A DNA stretch of 64,000 nucleotides from Candidatus Bathyarchaeota archaeon. GTDB lineage: Archaea > Thermoproteota > Bathyarchaeia > Bathyarchaeales > Bathycorpusculaceae. Shown here in pieces: positions 10,944 through 21,529 of the stretch. How positions within the stretch are numbered: position 1 is the first letter of the stretch; each line of letters begins with the position of its first letter. A model generated the notes under the pieces. It saw only the letters and a list, made by a program, of their open reading frames with translations, was not told where the DNA came from and ran no database searches. The position numbers and the translations under genes are program-made. Location: the NCBI GenBank assembly GCA_963717465.1, contig OY970340.1, positions 1,888,001 through 1,952,000 on the forward strand, written 5' to 3'.

Positions 10944-12026
10944 ATGAAAATACTGGTTGTTTCTACTACGACCTCAAATGAGCTAGGCTCCTACAACCAA
11001 AGATTGCTAAACTTGAAAGAAGGACTAAATCAGAATGGAGTGGCTACTGAGATGCTATATTTAGGTGATTACTTTTTCAGATCGCCCGTTCTGATAGACG
11101 CTCTTAATATTCCTTGGATGAGGAAAGAAATCGATGGTTATGATGCTGTTCATGGAGGAAGTTTTTCCGCCTCTTACGTTCTTGGGCTCCTAAAAAAGAT
11201 GCGACGATTTAATCTCATTACGGATGTGCATGGGTGTATTGAAGAGTCTATTCTTAAAATGCGAAACTTCTTTGACGTTACAGCTTACATTCAGTATTTT
11301 GAACAGATTATAGCTCAAGAAGTATCCATTAAATATTCAGACTTTTTTATCACTTGTTCAAAACCATTAAGAGAAAGGCTATTGCAACGAGGAATTGAAA
11401 AAATAAACGTCGAAGTAATACGAAATGGAGTGAATACAGACCTGTTCAAGCCAAAAGACTTAACTTCTGATAGCAACGACTTTGTTGTTACGTACGCTGG
11501 AGCCTTTCAAAAATGGCAAGGGATAGAAAATCTCATTGCAGCAGCCGAATTGATAAAGGTTCCGAATGTAAAGTATAGGATCATTGGTTTCAGAAAGAAA
11601 GATCAAGTATTAAAAAATACATTTAAGAAAACTTTGGGTTCAAAAGTTGAATTAATTGATGCATTGAGCCAAAGTGAATTAATTGATCAATTTTGTTTGT
11701 CTGATATTTTAATAATTCCGAGAAGCAGGCACTGCGCAACACAAATGGCTTTTCCCACGAAATTTCCAGAATATATCGCAACTGGGAGGCCTGTTATTGT
11801 GACTGATGTCGATGAAACGGCGACTTTTGTGAGAAAATATAAGTGTGGTTTCATCTGTAAACCGAATGCCGAGTCAATAGCTAGAACAATACTTAAGGCA
11901 AAACAAACCCCGCGAGAAGTCCTAATTGAAATGGGCAAGAATGGACGGTTCTTAGCAGAATCACACTTTAATCAAAGAGTGTTAGGTAAAAAATACTCAG
12001 AGTTTCTCCGTAAAATCTTATCTTGA
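10944..12026 (+). CDS. GT4 glycosyltransferase
   Basis: IRNGVNTDLF, YAGAFQKWQG, FPTKFPEYIATGRPVI. Confidence 0.9.
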   Translation: MKILVVSTTTSNELGSYNQRLLNLKEGLNQNGVATEMLYLGDYFFRSPVLIDALNIPWMRKEIDGYDAVHGGSFSASYVLGLLKKMRRFNLITDVHGCIEESILKMRNFFDVTAYIQYFEQIIAQEVSIKYSDFFITCSKPLRERLLQRGIEKINVEVIRNGVNTDLFKPKDLTSDSNDFVVTYAGAFQKWQGIENLIAAAELIKVPNVKYRIIGFRKKDQVLKNTFKKTLGSKVELIDALSQSELIDQFCLSDILIIPRSRHCATQMAFPTKFPEYIATGRPVIVTDVDETATFVRKYKCGFICKPNAESIARTILKAKQTPREVLIEMGKNGRFLAESHFNQRVLGKKYSEFLRKILS

Positions 12027-12331
12027 TGTTGGCATTGTTTCCGAAATCGTAAAATTGAAAAACCAGCAGTACTCAGAAATGCATGACTTGGTTTTGAAAA
12101 TATCACTTGTATTTGCTGTTGGGTATGAACTTTTTGACTATTTTAAGAAAGTTTGGTGGAAGAAAATGGCAGGAGGAAGGACGGCATAATCCAGAAAGAA
12201 TGGTCACAAAAAATCTTTTAAATCATTTATCCTAATCCGATTTTTCCCAAATATTCAGAAGTAACTACCTCCAATATTTGCTTGAGACTTATTTTTCCAT
12301 CGAATTAGAGTTAAGAATTTAATGTAGGTTT

Positions 12332-13267
12332 ATGAGTGATTTTAACATGGCTCCAAAGGTAACCATCGGGGTGTGCGTGAAGAATTCAGAAAAAACTATC
12401 AGAGAATCTGTCAGCAGTGTTATTAATCAGAAGTATCCAACAGAATTTATTCAGATCATTATTGTAGATGGATGTAGCAAAGATAAAACAATGTCTATCA
12501 TATATAATGTGATTGAAAAGACTAGTATGAAAGTTGAAATTTACTCGGATAAAAGCGGAGGGATAAGTAAAGCAAGGCAACACGTGGTGAACAAAGCAAA
12601 TGGTAAGTACATAATTTTTGTTGATTCTGACGTTAAACTTTTCGATGATTTCACGAAGAAGCTTGTGGGTTTCATGGATGAAAACCCAAAAGTTGGCGTA
12701 GCTTTCGGGAAGCCTATGTATCAAGAAGGAGGGGCGCTAGTTTCTGCGGTTAGAGATTTGTATTGGTACGCTATAGGTGGATTTTTAGGAAATAGTGCGA
12801 CTATTTACCGGCCTGAAGCCATACATGAAGTGTGCGGTTTCGATCAGAACATCAAAGGAGCTGGGGAGGATACCGATTTAATAAATAGAATTCGAGCAAA
12901 GGGTTGGTTAGTTTCCGTAGGTGAGAAAGCAAGATTCTTTCATAAAAGTAGAGAGAATCTTAGAGAGTTCTGGCTTGAGCAATATTGGTTTGGTTATGGA
13001 GACCATTACATATCTCACAAAAACAAGAATGGAAACCAATTGTGGCACAGACTTCCGATTGGGTCCTTTAGATACGGATTAAGAGTGGCCATCAAAGCTT
13101 ATAGACTAACCCATATAAAGATATCTTTTCTCATTCCCTTGCAGTCGGTTTTTGGAAACATATCTTGGTGGTTCGGATTTGTCAAAGGGCACATAGAAGG
13201 TTATGGGCATGTGAGCCCAGAGAATTTTTTTTCCATAGTTAATGAAAAATTTTCTCAACACGTTTGA
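12332..13267 (+). CDS. GT2 glycosyltransferase
   Basis: VTIGVCVKNSE, VDGCSKDKT, FVDSD, GEDTDL. Confidence 0.9.
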   Translation: MSDFNMAPKVTIGVCVKNSEKTIRESVSSVINQKYPTEFIQIIIVDGCSKDKTMSIIYNVIEKTSMKVEIYSDKSGGISKARQHVVNKANGKYIIFVDSDVKLFDDFTKKLVGFMDENPKVGVAFGKPMYQEGGALVSAVRDLYWYAIGGFLGNSATIYRPEAIHEVCGFDQNIKGAGEDTDLINRIRAKGWLVSVGEKARFFHKSRENLREFWLEQYWFGYGDHYISHKNKNGNQLWHRLPIGSFRYGLRVAIKAYRLTHIKISFLIPLQSVFGNISWWFGFVKGHIEGYGHVSPENFFSIVNEKFSQHV

Positions 13268-13333
13268 GTTCGGATTCGAAGAAGTGGCTCTTTGATGATT
13301 TACCGCAAATTGACACTGAGTTGACGCTGATAC

Positions 13334-15493
13334 ATGAGAGACATTTTGTTAGTTATACCAATCATGACCGTCTTTGCCAATTTTGCAATTTTACTAGATA
13401 TTCCCCTTCTTAGAGAAATTATTGTCTTTATTTTCCTATCATTTATACCAGGATTTGCTATTCTTAGACTGTTTAAACTGAAGGAAATCAGTTTTCTGGA
13501 CACTATTCTCTTTTCAGTGGCTCTAAGCATTGCAGTTGTAATGCTTATAGGTTTGTTAGTTAATGAGTTATATCTATTTCTTGGCATCTCTCAATCTTTG
13601 TCGACTATTCCTCTAACGGTAGCAATATCTACTTTTACGTTGACTGTTTTTTTCGTCGAATACTTCAGACGCGATTTATCAATAACTTGGCAGCTGAAAA
13701 CGAGTTTTGAACACGAATTTAAAAAACCTGTTTTCCCTTTACTCATAATCCTATTTATTCTTCCTCTCCTCAGTGCAATAGGCGTTTTGTATTTTAATTC
13801 CTCTGTTATTCTCCTTTCCGAAGCAATTATCGCTGCTTTGTGTATACTGAGCGTTGTATCTAGAAGACTGGTTCCAGAAAACTTTTTTCCTTTTTTGATT
13901 TTTTCGATTTCTTTGGCTCTTATTTGCCAAGTTCTGTTAACTACAAAATATGTTGTGATCGTCGACGCTAACCTTGAATATTACGTTTTCAGGTTGACGC
14001 AGATAAGTGGACACTGGGGTTTTCTTAACGCCAATGTTAACTCGTTGATAACGCTCACCTATGACTCTATGCTTTCGATCACCTTGTTGCCTGCAGTCTA
14101 TTCTACTTTGATGAATGCTCAGAGTGGAGTAGTTTTCAAAATTTTGTACCCTTTCATCTTTTGCTTCGTACCGTTAGCTCTGTACCGAATTTGCGAAAAA
14201 CAGTTCGGGAAATTGATTGGGCTCCTCTCCGCGCTCTTTTTTGTTTTCACTTCTACAGCTTTTTACGGTGAACCTTTAGGTCTCAACAGGCAAATTGTTG
14301 GCGAACTTTTTTTTATTCTCTCAATTTTCCTTTTGATAAGCAAAACCATACCATTAAAACAACGAAGATACCTCCTGATTATTTTTGGGACTGCTTTGGT
14401 AGTATCGCATTACTCCCTTGCTTACATTTATCTGGCTATAGTGACTATTCTTTTCATTATCTCACGAGTGAAGCCTCGATTTGATGACACACTTAATACT
14501 TCGACTGTGTTGCTTCTTTTTGGGATAACTTTTGCATGGTACAGTCTAGGGTCGAGTGCGCCATTAATGTCATTGGTTAACACCATTAAACTGACTTTCG
14601 GGGATTTAACTAAAGGTGTGTCGCCTACAACAGGGTCAGCATCCAATATGTTCTTTGTTCCTCAAGTTTTTACCATAGCTACGTGGATTAATCTATTAGT
14701 ATCGGGCATTGCAAACCTTTTCTTGATTATAGGAGTTCTCTCAATAAAAGGACACAGAATTTCCGCACAGTATAAAGTGATGATAACTATAGCTGGAATC
14801 ATCTTGGTCGCTTCCTTCATCGCCCCGAGCATTGCATCAAGTCTCAATTTCACCAGATTCTACGGCATAACTCTGTTGTTTTTGTCGCCTTGCTTTGTTT
14901 TAGGAGGTAAGACGCTTCTTGTAATAACAGAAAAAGCTTGGACGAAAATTAAGTTGACTCTAAAACGTAAAACTATCTCAAAAAGCAAGAATTTAAACCT
15001 GGTGTTCTTGCTAATTGCGATTTTGCTGAGCGCATATTTTCTTTCGCAAGTGGGATTTATAAACCTCGTGACCAATGGTGAAATTCATACTTATAACGTT
15101 GATTTTTATAGAATGATCACGTCGAACGATAGCAATGCCAAAATTAGTCTTTACGACATCTACATTCCAGAGCAAGATGTATCCAGTGCAACTTGGTTAT
15201 CCAACTATAAGATTGAAACAGCAACAGTATTCGCTGATTACCTATCTGAATCTCACGTACTTATTAGCTACGGCTTAATTCCAAACAAACTATTACTTCC
15301 CATAACTAATACAACAATTCCACCGCAAGGTAGCTTCATCTACTTAGGAAGCTTAAATATAGTGAATGGCGTCATAACTACCACTACTACTGCTTCATAC
15401 AACACATCTCAAATTTCCTCCCTTCTCGATCAAAACGATCTAGTATATTCAAATGGCAATAGTGAGATCTGGTATGTTGCGCCTACCCATTGA
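13334..15493 (+). CDS. DUF2206-like polytopic membrane protein (possible GT-C fold)
   Basis: Many TM segments, LSFIPG, VVSHYSLAY and C-terminal VYSNGNSEIW; glycan-locus context. Confidence 0.7.
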   Translation: MRDILLVIPIMTVFANFAILLDIPLLREIIVFIFLSFIPGFAILRLFKLKEISFLDTILFSVALSIAVVMLIGLLVNELYLFLGISQSLSTIPLTVAISTFTLTVFFVEYFRRDLSITWQLKTSFEHEFKKPVFPLLIILFILPLLSAIGVLYFNSSVILLSEAIIAALCILSVVSRRLVPENFFPFLIFSISLALICQVLLTTKYVVIVDANLEYYVFRLTQISGHWGFLNANVNSLITLTYDSMLSITLLPAVYSTLMNAQSGVVFKILYPFIFCFVPLALYRICEKQFGKLIGLLSALFFVFTSTAFYGEPLGLNRQIVGELFFILSIFLLISKTIPLKQRRYLLIIFGTALVVSHYSLAYIYLAIVTILFIISRVKPRFDDTLNTSTVLLLFGITFAWYSLGSSAPLMSLVNTIKLTFGDLTKGVSPTTGSASNMFFVPQVFTIATWINLLVSGIANLFLIIGVLSIKGHRISAQYKVMITIAGIILVASFIAPSIASSLNFTRFYGITLLFLSPCFVLGGKTLLVITEKAWTKIKLTLKRKTISKSKNLNLVFLLIAILLSAYFLSQVGFINLVTNGEIHTYNVDFYRMITSNDSNAKISLYDIYIPEQDVSSATWLSNYKIETATVFADYLSESHVLISYGLIPNKLLLPITNTTIPPQGSFIYLGSLNIVNGVITTTTTASYNTSQISSLLDQNDLVYSNGNSEIWYVAPTH

Positions 15494-15759
15494 TTTATTG
15501 TAAGAATTCAGAGCCAATTATTTTGCACGCAACGCCGCCCCCTAACTAAAAACTATTGCAGATCCGAGTGGTCATCAACGTTTGATGCTCTGTGGTTTAA
15601 TGCCTAGTAAGGACGCTTTGTTAGAGGATTCAATCAAAGAAGATCAAACCAGATGAATCCCAAAAAATCTTTGATAGAGAAATAGTAACAACTAAATTGG
15701 CACAGCGCGCTGATTTATTTTAAACCAGTCTGAGCGCTTGTCTTTTGGAGAGATAGAAA

Positions 15760-16554
15760 TTGAGCTACCAAGCCGGTATTCTGGAGAATGAACTCGAATA
15801 TTTAGAAATTACCACTAAAATCGGGTGCCCAGTTAATTGTTTAAAGTATTGTCCTCAAGAAGTGACTACGACCAGATATTCTGGAAAGAGAACACTTTCT
15901 ATAGATGATTGGGAAATAATGCTGAATCATATTCCGAAGAAACTGCCTCTTGTCTTCTCTGGTTTCTGTGAACCTTTCGCAAACAACCAAGTTGTCGATC
16001 TGATTGAAATGGCTCATAAAGCTAAGCATCCTATAGGTATCTTTACAACTCTTTACCAAGCATCTCGAATTGACGTAGGAAAACTGATTAAATATCCGTT
16101 TTTGATGTTCTGCCTTCATCTGCCCGATGGTAATGCTATGAAGATTCCCATGTCGCAAGAGTACAAAGACAATGTATTCACCGTTCTCTGTAACGTCAGG
16201 AATGTTCGCTTTTGTATTATGAATGACCTTTTCAAAAGCTCAAATCGAGAGAACATAACAAGGGGCGATTTAATAAAGCGCAAACGTTTTAGATTTTGTG
16301 CTAAGTTGGACCATCCGCAGTTTATCTTGCTCCCGAATGGCGATGTAAGCTTGTGTTGCATGGATTTCAGTTTATCTAATGTATTGGGAAACCTGTTGGC
16401 TGAGAACTACATAGATGTAAAGCGGAGGTTTTTGGCACGTAAGAGAACATTTGAGCTATGCTCTTATTGCTACGCTAATGTTTCTCCTCTTAAGACTTTA
16501 TATAACCATTCAAAACGTAAAGCTGCAAAATATTTTCATAGCGCATTTTACTAA
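15760..16554 (+). CDS. Radical SAM protein with SPASM/twitch domain
   Basis: GCPVNCLKYCPQ, FSGFCEP, LPNGDVSLCCMD..LGNL..CSYC. Confidence 0.8.
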   Translation: MSYQAGILENELEYLEITTKIGCPVNCLKYCPQEVTTTRYSGKRTLSIDDWEIMLNHIPKKLPLVFSGFCEPFANNQVVDLIEMAHKAKHPIGIFTTLYQASRIDVGKLIKYPFLMFCLHLPDGNAMKIPMSQEYKDNVFTVLCNVRNVRFCIMNDLFKSSNRENITRGDLIKRKRFRFCAKLDHPQFILLPNGDVSLCCMDFSLSNVLGNLLAENYIDVKRRFLARKRTFELCSYCYANVSPLKTLYNHSKRKAAKYFHSAFY

Positions 16555-17125
16555 TTATTATTGTGTTGTATTATCCTTTATGCATCATTTGTTTTATTCA
16601 GCGATGTCAGCGGTTGTTTCTAGCTCGTTGTAGCTTACTAAAGCAAAAGTAAAGGTCAAAGGTATCGTTGCAGAATCAATTGACAGGTGTAACTTGTTGC
16701 CGAGTAAGACTATTTTGCCCACCCTCCCCACTCGGGCGACCTTGCCCGAATAGCCCTTGTGGTTGTCCACTGAATGCCGTTTGCTTTAGGCTTCAATAAA
16801 TAACGCTGAGCTATTGAACCAAGAGGTCATAAAACCCTTTAGTATCTACCACTTTTTCTGGTGGTAGATTCGTGCGTGGCAAGTTAAATAATTTATTTTT
16901 AGCTGTGGACGCACTTTTTGGCTTTAGGGGGGCCTCAGAAATGCCTCTTCCTGGGCTGAAGAGTGACGGTGCGCCCCTGTCGTGTGAAGAGCGTCACTCC
17001 GTTTTGGGCGACGACCGAGACTGTTCCAGCAGAAATATTTAATACTTAGGCGAACAGTTGCTTCCTGAATCAACGAGATAAGCGGTACTGCCTGAAATGG
17101 GGCTTGCGATGTAAATGACTGGATT

Positions 17126-18640
17126 TTAGCCGAAATTGTTTATCATTGTGTTTTCTGGGACGTTGGTATCGTAAATTTGCATGTATAAGTTATCGTACAC
17201 ATGGTTTTCTATCAGAACGTTGTTGCATGCGCCTGGATCCACAGATATGCCGTATTCTTGTGTTCTGGCGGCGCCTGAGCGGTCGTCAAAGGCTTGATTT
17301 TGGCTGATATAATTGTAGTTTCCACTTATTTCTATACCACTTCCACCATAAGTCATACCCCAATGGATCCCTGAGAGTTGGTCGTAAACTGTATTTGTAC
17401 TTACTGTATTGTTGTTGCTCGCCGAGTCAAGATAGATTCCGCCGCTACCGCACTGAGAAATTATATTTCCGCAAATGGTGTTGAAACCCGCACCGTAGAG
17501 ATATATTCCGATACCACCATTATATGATGTTGTATTGCAGTACATTCCAGTTACTTGATTATCTAAAACGGAGTTGTATTCACAACTAGTACCATACTGT
17601 TTTGTTAATACAATTCCGTATTGAGGTCGGCTTGTGCTGTTGCTTGTTATGGTATTCTGTGAAATAGTATTATTGTTGCAACTACTATCTTCTATTCCGA
17701 TAGAGCAGTTTCGGACGGTGTTTTGTGTTATTAAATCGTTGCACCCTCCCTCTATAGCGATGCCCCATTCAGCGTCTCCGCCACCACCTGTTGTTCCATT
17801 AAGGTCGTGAACATAATTTTCCGTTATAGTTGAGCCTATGCCATACGATGTTGCTCCCACATCACTGCAACCGTAGATTTCGCTATTAACCAAGTAACAA
17901 TCTACATCGGTCGACTGCCCTATGATAAAACCGTTCCAACCGCAGTCATAAATTTTGCTATTAATAACGCCGCTGTGAGTAGCTGTTATGGAACCAGAGG
18001 GCAGAGTCCAAATGCTTGCATCTACTCCAAACACACGACAATCGTAAATTACAGCGTTAGTAATCTCATCATTAGAACCAGCGATATATACGCCGTCTGG
18101 TTGGTTGGGAAATGAACCTACAACTTGGTTGGCTGCATTGCCGTCTATTGTTACACCCGATATAACACAGTTATTGACATTGTTTAGGAGTAGAACAGGA
18201 GCGTTCAAATTATTGGCCGCAGCAAGTTCAGCTCCGTTTTCAAAATTTAGAGTAATGCTATTAATGTTAGATAGAGTCCATGAGGTAATTACTGAATACA
18301 CGCCGCTCTCAACATCGATCCTACCACCAGCGGGGCAATCCTCAACAGCATCACTGAACACTCGACTAGAATTTGGGCTTTGAAAGACTATTTGTCCCGT
18401 GGCTCCATCTACCATTTGGTAATTTGAGCCTGAGACGCTTAATATGTAGGAGTATGGTTCAGTTAGTGTAGACGTTGGCGATAGTATAGGTGTTTGTTTA
18501 AGTGTCGGCGTTGAAGTTTGTTGGATGTCTCCGCTAGAAAATAAAGTCAAACTTGGTCCAATTATGCTGGCTGAGAAAACCGTGAGTAGCATTCCGATGC
18601 ACATTGTTATGACCGTTAGCACGCGAATCTTGGTGTTCAT
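17126..18640 (-). CDS. Secreted right-handed beta-helix (NosD/pectate-lyase-like) protein
   Basis: N-terminal signal/TM, Thr/Pro linker, repeated N-x-I-x-x-N..GI beta-helix units. Confidence 0.8.
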   Translation of the reverse strand: MNTKIRVLTVITMCIGMLLTVFSASIIGPSLTLFSSGDIQQTSTPTLKQTPILSPTSTLTEPYSYILSVSGSNYQMVDGATGQIVFQSPNSSRVFSDAVEDCPAGGRIDVESGVYSVITSWTLSNINSITLNFENGAELAAANNLNAPVLLLNNVNNCVISGVTIDGNAANQVVGSFPNQPDGVYIAGSNDEITNAVIYDCRVFGVDASIWTLPSGSITATHSGVINSKIYDCGWNGFIIGQSTDVDCYLVNSEIYGCSDVGATSYGIGSTITENYVHDLNGTTGGGGDAEWGIAIEGGCNDLITQNTVRNCSIGIEDSSCNNNTISQNTITSNSTSRPQYGIVLTKQYGTSCEYNSVLDNQVTGMYCNTTSYNGGIGIYLYGAGFNTICGNIISQCGSGGIYLDSASNNNTVSTNTVYDQLSGIHWGMTYGGSGIEISGNYNYISQNQAFDDRSGAARTQEYGISVDPGACNNVLIENHVYDNLYMQIYDTNVPENTMINNFG

Positions 18641-18666
18641 GTTCTGACCTTAACGTTGAATTCGCA

Positions 18667-18705
18667 AGTAAGTATTAATACTTACTACTTACTACTTACT
18701 ACTTA
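18667..18705. repeat. 20-bp palindrome overlapping a TACTTAC heptamer array
   Basis: AGTAAGTATT/AATACTTACT at 18667-18686; about 3.9 copies of TACTTAC at 18679-18705. Confidence 0.9.
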
Positions 18706-18822
18706 ATAAAATTTATATATTAATACTATGCTCGGCTTGCTTTACAATTAAAGTTGATAAACCAGGATCAAAAATGGCGTTATTATTGGTCTAATTCAAA
18801 ACTCATTATGGTGTAGTTCAAG

Positions 18823-19905
18823 TTGAAAATTTCTATTATCTTGGGGACTAGGCCTGAAATAGTAAAATGTTCGCCAATAATCCGTGAATGCGACAGGTTA
18901 AGCTTGGATTATTTTATTTTGCACACTGGGCAACATTACTCCTATAATATGGATAAAGTCTTTTTTGAGCAACTTAATCTACCTGGGGCTAAGTATAACC
19001 TTAACGTGGGTTCAGGAAGCCATGGTCAGCAAACAGGTCAGATGCTTGCTGGCGTAGAAAAAGTTTTGATGAAAGAAGCTCCAGACGTTGTAGCAGTTGA
19101 AGGTGATACAAATACCGTTTTAGCTGGTGCTTTAGCGGCAGTGAAACTCGGAATCAAAGTTGGGCACATCGAAGCTGGATTACGCAGTTATGACAGAAAT
19201 ATGCCTGAAGAGGTTAACAGAGTCTTAGTTGATCATTGTTCAGATTACTTGTTTGCTCCAACCCCAAAATCCAAGGAAATATTACTTAAGGAAGGTATAG
19301 ATGAAAGGAAGATATTTCTAGTAGGAAACACGATTGTAGATGCTGTTTACCAGAATTTAGAAATAGCCAAATCAAAAAGCCAAGTTTTTAAAACTTTTAG
19401 ATTGAAAAGCGAAAAATACGTGATAGCTACAACGCACAGACAGGAAAATGTTGATAACAAGGAAAAATTCTCTGGTATTATTCGTGGTTTGCAAATGGTT
19501 AAAAATGAATTCAAGATTCCGATGATTTACCCTATTCATCCTAGGGCAAAAAAGCAACTAGATCAATTCGGCATAGACTACACTGGCATCACGTTGATTG
19601 AACCTTTAGATTATTTAGCCTTTCTACAACTTGAAAGCGAGTCTAAACTAGTCTTAACTGACTCCGGTGGTGTGCAAGAAGAAACCTGTATTCTGGGCGT
19701 TCCGTGTGTTACGTTACGAGATAATACTGAAAGACCTGAGACTTTGGAAGTTGGGTCAAACATACTTGCAGGCACGGACGCTGCCAAAATTCTTAAAGCT
19801 GCTAAAATTAGTTGCGCCCACAAAAAAAGTTGGGTAAACCCGTTTGGCGATGGTACAACTGGCAAAAAAATAGTCAATGTACTAGAAAGCGAACTCGCTA
19901 AGTAA
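18823..19905 (+). CDS. wecB: UDP-N-acetylglucosamine 2-epimerase (non-hydrolysing)
   Basis: GTRPEIVK, HTGQHY, GDTNT, HIEAGLRS, MPEEVNR, TDSGGVQEE, TERPE. Confidence 0.95.
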   Translation: MKISIILGTRPEIVKCSPIIRECDRLSLDYFILHTGQHYSYNMDKVFFEQLNLPGAKYNLNVGSGSHGQQTGQMLAGVEKVLMKEAPDVVAVEGDTNTVLAGALAAVKLGIKVGHIEAGLRSYDRNMPEEVNRVLVDHCSDYLFAPTPKSKEILLKEGIDERKIFLVGNTIVDAVYQNLEIAKSKSQVFKTFRLKSEKYVIATTHRQENVDNKEKFSGIIRGLQMVKNEFKIPMIYPIHPRAKKQLDQFGIDYTGITLIEPLDYLAFLQLESESKLVLTDSGGVQEETCILGVPCVTLRDNTERPETLEVGSNILAGTDAAKILKAAKISCAHKKSWVNPFGDGTTGKKIVNVLESELAK

Positions 19906-20237
19906 AGAAAGCTTCACTAATAAGTCAAAAGTTAAGACCAATTTTTGAGTTTCAAGCGCGTCCAGTATTATTTTCTAAATGCTTTTTGTAATATTCCATT
20001 ATAACTAGTGAAAAATCACGCCTCTTCGCAGAGAAAAGCCTGCGGTTCAGCCTAAAAGAGAAGTTGTCAAATGCCACGGCGCGTTTAACCGAAGGGATTT
20101 TTTGGCAGCAGCCATGACGAGTTTGAATAAAATAGCGCGACCAAATAAGCTCTGCTTACTATTTTTTATATTTAATTGCGGACAAACCTTATTTTTGTGA
20201 AAAATAAAGAACAAAACTCTTCAAGGCGCTCTAGAAA

Positions 20238-21086
20238 ATGTCTAAGCCAAAAAAATCCCCCTATAAAATGCCGGCAATTGCAATGCTCACTTTAGCAATA
20301 GTGTTAATAATTATTTCCGCGTTCAACAGTTCCTCTTTTGCAGCAATTTTAGGCGTTACTTTAGCATTCTGGGGCATAATCCTTCTTTATATTTCTCCAG
20401 TTAAACATGTGCCCTTAACAATGCTCAACGCCACATATGACACAAGCAACATCGAACGCCTATTAACATATATGAATATTACACTAAAAGGCGTTTACCT
20501 GCCGCCTAAAAACCTCCCAAACATAGATTCTAATATAGTCATAGATTCTAGTTTGGTCTTCATTCCTGAAACGAGCCAGACTATTGTGCCTCTTCCTGAA
20601 GAAGTAACAAAGTTGTTAACCCCAAGAAAAGACGGATTACTTCTAATTCCGCCGGGCATGAATCTTTGTAAACTTTTCGAGCATGAACTAGGTGGGCCAT
20701 TCGAAAAAATAGACCTTGCCCACCTACAAACTTTGCTTCCAAAATTGCTTATGGAAGACTTGAAGATAGCAGAAAAAGTTGAAATTGACCTTGAAGCAAA
20801 CATAGTAACCGTGAAAGTGACAAAAAGCATTCTATACGAAACATGCGAAGCCACTCAGAAACAGCCTCGCACACATACCCTAGTGGGTTGCCTTTTAAGC
20901 AGTGCTATAGCCTGTGCTCTTGCTAAGGCCTCAGGCCAACCGATAACAATTCTTCAGGAAAAACAAAACCCGGAAACTAAAACCACCCAAACAGACTACG
21001 AAATCTTAACGCTCCTGCCCACTACAGAACCTACAACCACTTCAGCTAAAACCGAACAAGAAAACACCCTTTTTAAAGAGGCGTAA
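20238..21086 (+). CDS. Membrane protein with two N-terminal TMs and a V4R-like C-terminal domain
   Basis: Hydrophobic N-terminus; PPG and GCLLSSAIACALAK motifs. Confidence 0.6.
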   Translation: MSKPKKSPYKMPAIAMLTLAIVLIIISAFNSSSFAAILGVTLAFWGIILLYISPVKHVPLTMLNATYDTSNIERLLTYMNITLKGVYLPPKNLPNIDSNIVIDSSLVFIPETSQTIVPLPEEVTKLLTPRKDGLLLIPPGMNLCKLFEHELGGPFEKIDLAHLQTLLPKLLMEDLKIAEKVEIDLEANIVTVKVTKSILYETCEATQKQPRTHTLVGCLLSSAIACALAKASGQPITILQEKQNPETKTTQTDYEILTLLPTTEPTTTSAKTEQENTLFKEA

Positions 21087-21088
21087 AC

Positions 21089-21301
21089 TTGCAAATTCCA
21101 CCCTTAACCTTCACAGATATAACTTTCCTTTTAGCTACAAGCAGCATTACACTGCTCATTACAGCCGAACTTGCTTCCCTATACCATGGCCGAACAACCG
21201 TCTTTTTAAACAAGAAAAACCTAGAAAAAGCCGCATTGGTAATTGGTATATTATTTCTATTGACGATTGCAGTAAAAATAATAAATTTAATCACAATATG
21301 A
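21089..21301 (+). CDS. Small two-TM membrane protein
   Basis: 70-aa hydrophobic ORF starting 2 nt after the upstream stop. Confidence 0.6.
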   Translation: MQIPPLTFTDITFLLATSSITLLITAELASLYHGRTTVFLNKKNLEKAALVIGILFLLTIAVKIINLITI

Positions 21302-21529
21302 AAACTTATGCTGGGCAAGCTTGCAAAAAAGCAAAGAATACCCTAAAACTTCAACAACAATTCGTTAAAACTTAACCAAAAAATTTCCTTGATAACTTTA
21401 ACATGAACAAATTCAAAAAAATGCTCTTGTTATCTGTCCGGAGCAGGGTTTTATCGCTAGCCATTATGTCGATTCATCAATGGCCTCCAATACTCAAGTT
21501 GAAGTTATCGACGAAATCAGTTAACACTA

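Noticed and set aside
16956..17003. Hammerhead ribozyme (CUGAAGA followed by a stem)
   Set aside because: The stem is followed by UCCG rather than the required GAAA, and the other stems are missing
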